A stretch of 64,000 nucleotides of DNA from Opitutales bacterium (GTDB lineage Bacteria > Verrucomicrobiota > Verrucomicrobiia > Opitutales > UBA2987). Below, in pieces: positions 61,745 to 64,000 of the stretch (positions within the stretch are counted from its first letter, which is position 1; each line of letters begins with the position of its first letter). The notes under the pieces were generated by a model. It made no database searches, was not told the origin of the DNA, and saw nothing but the letters and a program-made list of their open reading frames with translations. Location: positions 864,001-928,000 of the forward strand of contig CBDDEL010000016.1 in assembly GCA_965226885.1 (NCBI GenBank), written 5' to 3'. Position numbers and translations under genes: made by a program.

Positions 61745-62743
61745 CTATTTCCGTTTCGTTCCAAACAAAACCTGAAAGACCCTTCCCATCTGATTGGGAT
61801 GGAGGATTTCCCTGAGGGCATTGCGGGAGGCATCGAATCGCCCGGGAGCATGGTAGATAATTTTACCCAGCTCCTCTTCAGCCCAGTGCATGAAAAAGGA
61901 TTCCTGGGATTCCAACCCGATCCGCGACAATCCGTTTTCCTTCATGACCGTATTGAGCCGGTCCCAGCAGAGATGGCAGGTCAGGTCCTGTTCTCCCGGA
62001 CGGTCCAACAAGTTGGCCTGCTGCTCATGATTACGATAAGCCCGGGCCGTTCCCTTGGGGTGCAAATTAAGGAGTTCCTCCCAGGATTTTCCGTAATCGA
62101 AAGTGAGAAAAAGCCCCTTCCAGCTACTTCTTAAAACGTCGCTCAGCAGACTTTCGGCTTCCAGGGACAAATCCATAGTGTAGCCTTCGGCGGTATTCAC
62201 AGGTAGTTCAGAAATAATCTTTTGTGATTCAGCCCCGGGTTCCCGCAAATAAGTTTCAGCCAAAACGTCACCTTCCACCAGCACTCCTATTTCCCTCCAC
62301 TCTCCACTGGTAAACCGCAACCGAATAAAAGGCTGGGCATCGAGCCACTCATTGGAAAAAACAACCGCTTTCTCCGGCAATTGTATTGCATCGCCCAGGC
62401 GGAAAACCTTCGTTTGCGCAAAAGGGTTATCGACGTTTTCCAAAATTGCTTTTCCCGGTTCCGCCCCGATCTCCACAAAAGCGTAGTCCCCCGGTGGCTT
62501 AGGGTGCAGCAGTTTTGTCGCCGCCGCCACCACCAGTCGTCCGAAAACAGGACCCTGTGTGGTGGAAGTGTAAAAATCGGTCTTCGGTCCACGCCCCACC
62601 CGCAAGGCTTCCTTCTGATAATAGCCGATCTCCGGGGCATAAAGAACGTGCCGAACGAAATTCGCGAATGATAGCACACTACTTTCCCCGGCCATATCCC
62701 GAAGATAGCCGAGCATGGCTGCTTTTTTCATGCGCGAAGTCAT
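61745..62743 (-). CDS. SAM-dependent methyltransferase, MidA/NDUFAF7 family
   Basis: Motifs LYAPEIGYY, DFYTS, SNEWLDA, FDYG and PGEQDLTCH. Confidence 0.88.
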   Translation of the reverse strand: MTSRMKKAAMLGYLRDMAGESSVLSFANFVRHVLYAPEIGYYQKEALRVGRGPKTDFYTSTTQGPVFGRLVVAAATKLLHPKPPGDYAFVEIGAEPGKAILENVDNPFAQTKVFRLGDAIQLPEKAVVFSNEWLDAQPFIRLRFTSGEWREIGVLVEGDVLAETYLREPGAESQKIISELPVNTAEGYTMDLSLEAESLLSDVLRSSWKGLFLTFDYGKSWEELLNLHPKGTARAYRNHEQQANLLDRPGEQDLTCHLCWDRLNTVMKENGLSRIGLESQESFFMHWAEEELGKIIYHAPGRFDASRNALREILHPNQMGRVFQVLFGTKRK

Positions 62744-62773
62744 CTCAATTGTTTTTCGATCTTTGCGATTTTC

Positions 62774-63628
62774 CTAACTGGATATATTTTCTATCCCGCT
62801 CACGATTCTCTTAACCCCGCTCACGATTCTCTTAACCGCTCCAACAACCGATTCGATCCATTCCGTCTGTTCGTAAATGGTTCCCGTATATAGACTTTTG
62901 ACTCCGGATAACCCGATGGCTCCGACCGGATAACCATCGGCATCGAGCAGAGGCGCCGCCACACAAGTGACCTGTTGGCTCCCCTCGCCATTGTCAAAGG
63001 CGATTTTCGAATCGCGGATATTTTCCAACTCCTTTTCGAGTTCCGGAATGCTTGTCAAAGTGGTGTTGGTAAAGCGTTCAAAGGTAAATTGGGCCATCAT
63101 GGCCTGGCGTTCCCGCTCAGGTAGAAAAGCCAGGATCGCTTTTCCAACGGCTGAACAATAAAGCGGCTCGCGGTTGCCAACAGACTGCTGAACGGCGATC
63201 GTCCTGCCCGACGGAACAACTTCTATCAACTCGATCTCCAGGCCGATCAATGCGGCAAAATGTGACGTTTGTCCAGTTTCCCGGGCCAGTCGCTCGATCT
63301 CCGGCTTGATAAATGAAAAAAAACGTCCGTGCTGAGGCAGGTTGCCCTGCCAAACGAAAAACCGCGGACCCACGCTGTATCTTTTCGTTTTTCTGTTTTT
63401 TCTTAAAAGACCGAGATTTTCCAGGGTCGTGAGGAAACGATAGGCGGTGCTGCGGTCCATTGAAAAATGCGCCGCCACATCCCGCAAGCGCATCTCTTTA
63501 CCGGTTGCAATTATATACTCCAGGATGGCGATGCCCTTGACCAGTGAGGCCACTCTGCCGGTGGAGGATTCAAGAGTAGTTTTCACCAATATGCGATCGA
63601 AGTTAAATAAACCGTAGGGTTTGATCAA
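62774..63628 (-). CDS. IclR-family transcriptional regulator
   Basis: HTH DRSTAYRFLTTL plus LYCSAVGKAILA and CVAAPL. Confidence 0.92.
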   Translation of the reverse strand: MIKPYGLFNFDRILVKTTLESSTGRVASLVKGIAILEYIIATGKEMRLRDVAAHFSMDRSTAYRFLTTLENLGLLRKNRKTKRYSVGPRFFVWQGNLPQHGRFFSFIKPEIERLARETGQTSHFAALIGLEIELIEVVPSGRTIAVQQSVGNREPLYCSAVGKAILAFLPERERQAMMAQFTFERFTNTTLTSIPELEKELENIRDSKIAFDNGEGSQQVTCVAAPLLDADGYPVGAIGLSGVKSLYTGTIYEQTEWIESVVGAVKRIVSGVKRIVSGIENISS

Positions 63629-63765
63629 TTTATACTACAATTTTTCTTGCAAATTGAATTTCATTATTTTGAATAATAAAATACTTATTTCAATATTTAA
63701 AACAATATATTTTTGACCGATGCAGCATAATCCTCAGTTTCACCATATTGACGACTGAAAGCATA

Positions 63766-64000
63766 GTGAAAATTGTTGTTACAGGTTCCAGCGGAAAAGC
63801 CGGATCTGTATTGATGTCGCATTTGGCCGAAGCCGGATATGAGGTTCTCGGAGTCGACGCCATGGCTCCTGCCAAATCCAGCGCTACGGGTAAGTCTCAG
63901 GTAATCAAGGCTGACCTGACAAATCTTGGAGAAACATTGGAAGTTTTGAATGGGACCGACGCGGTGGTGCATTTGGCCAATATGCCCATCCCCGGAATGT
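63766..64000 (+). CDS. NAD(P)-dependent epimerase/dehydratase (partial, runs off the window end)
   Basis: GTG start giving MKIVVTGSSGKAG...DAVVHLAN, a Rossmann fold. Confidence 0.8.
   Translation, partial: MKIVVTGSSGKAGSVLMSHLAEAGYEVLGVDAMAPAKSSATGKSQVIKADLTNLGETLEVLNGTDAVVHLANMPIPGM

Overview
Bacterial chromosomal window, most likely Verrucomicrobiota (Opitutales-like). This is an inference from gene content: a GAF-GspE/PilB fusion, an ACP-FabZ fusion, oleAB, zwf-opcA and a TGTT-N4-type LexA box. The window is IS-rich: two near-identical IS3-family copies plus three IS3 fragments, two IS1380, two IS1 and one IS630. Several genes are broken by IS insertion, nonsense codons or frameshifts. 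It also carries tRNA-Leu(CAG), tRNA-Pro(TGG), lipid/olefin, purine-catabolism, transport and pentose-phosphate genes, a DinJ-YafQ toxin-antitoxin pair and lexA. The most notable signal is a ~870-nt non-coding minus-strand unit at ~41060-41930. It has its own promoter, a boxA-like element, many GNRA/UUCG-capped and nested helices and an intrinsic terminator, and is a candidate giant structured ncRNA that I cannot assign to a known class. On the other side of lexA lies a solitary integron-type gene cassette (tautomerase + attC) with no integrase in the window. It sits next to a motif that occurs three times in the window. No CRISPR array or rRNA was seen.
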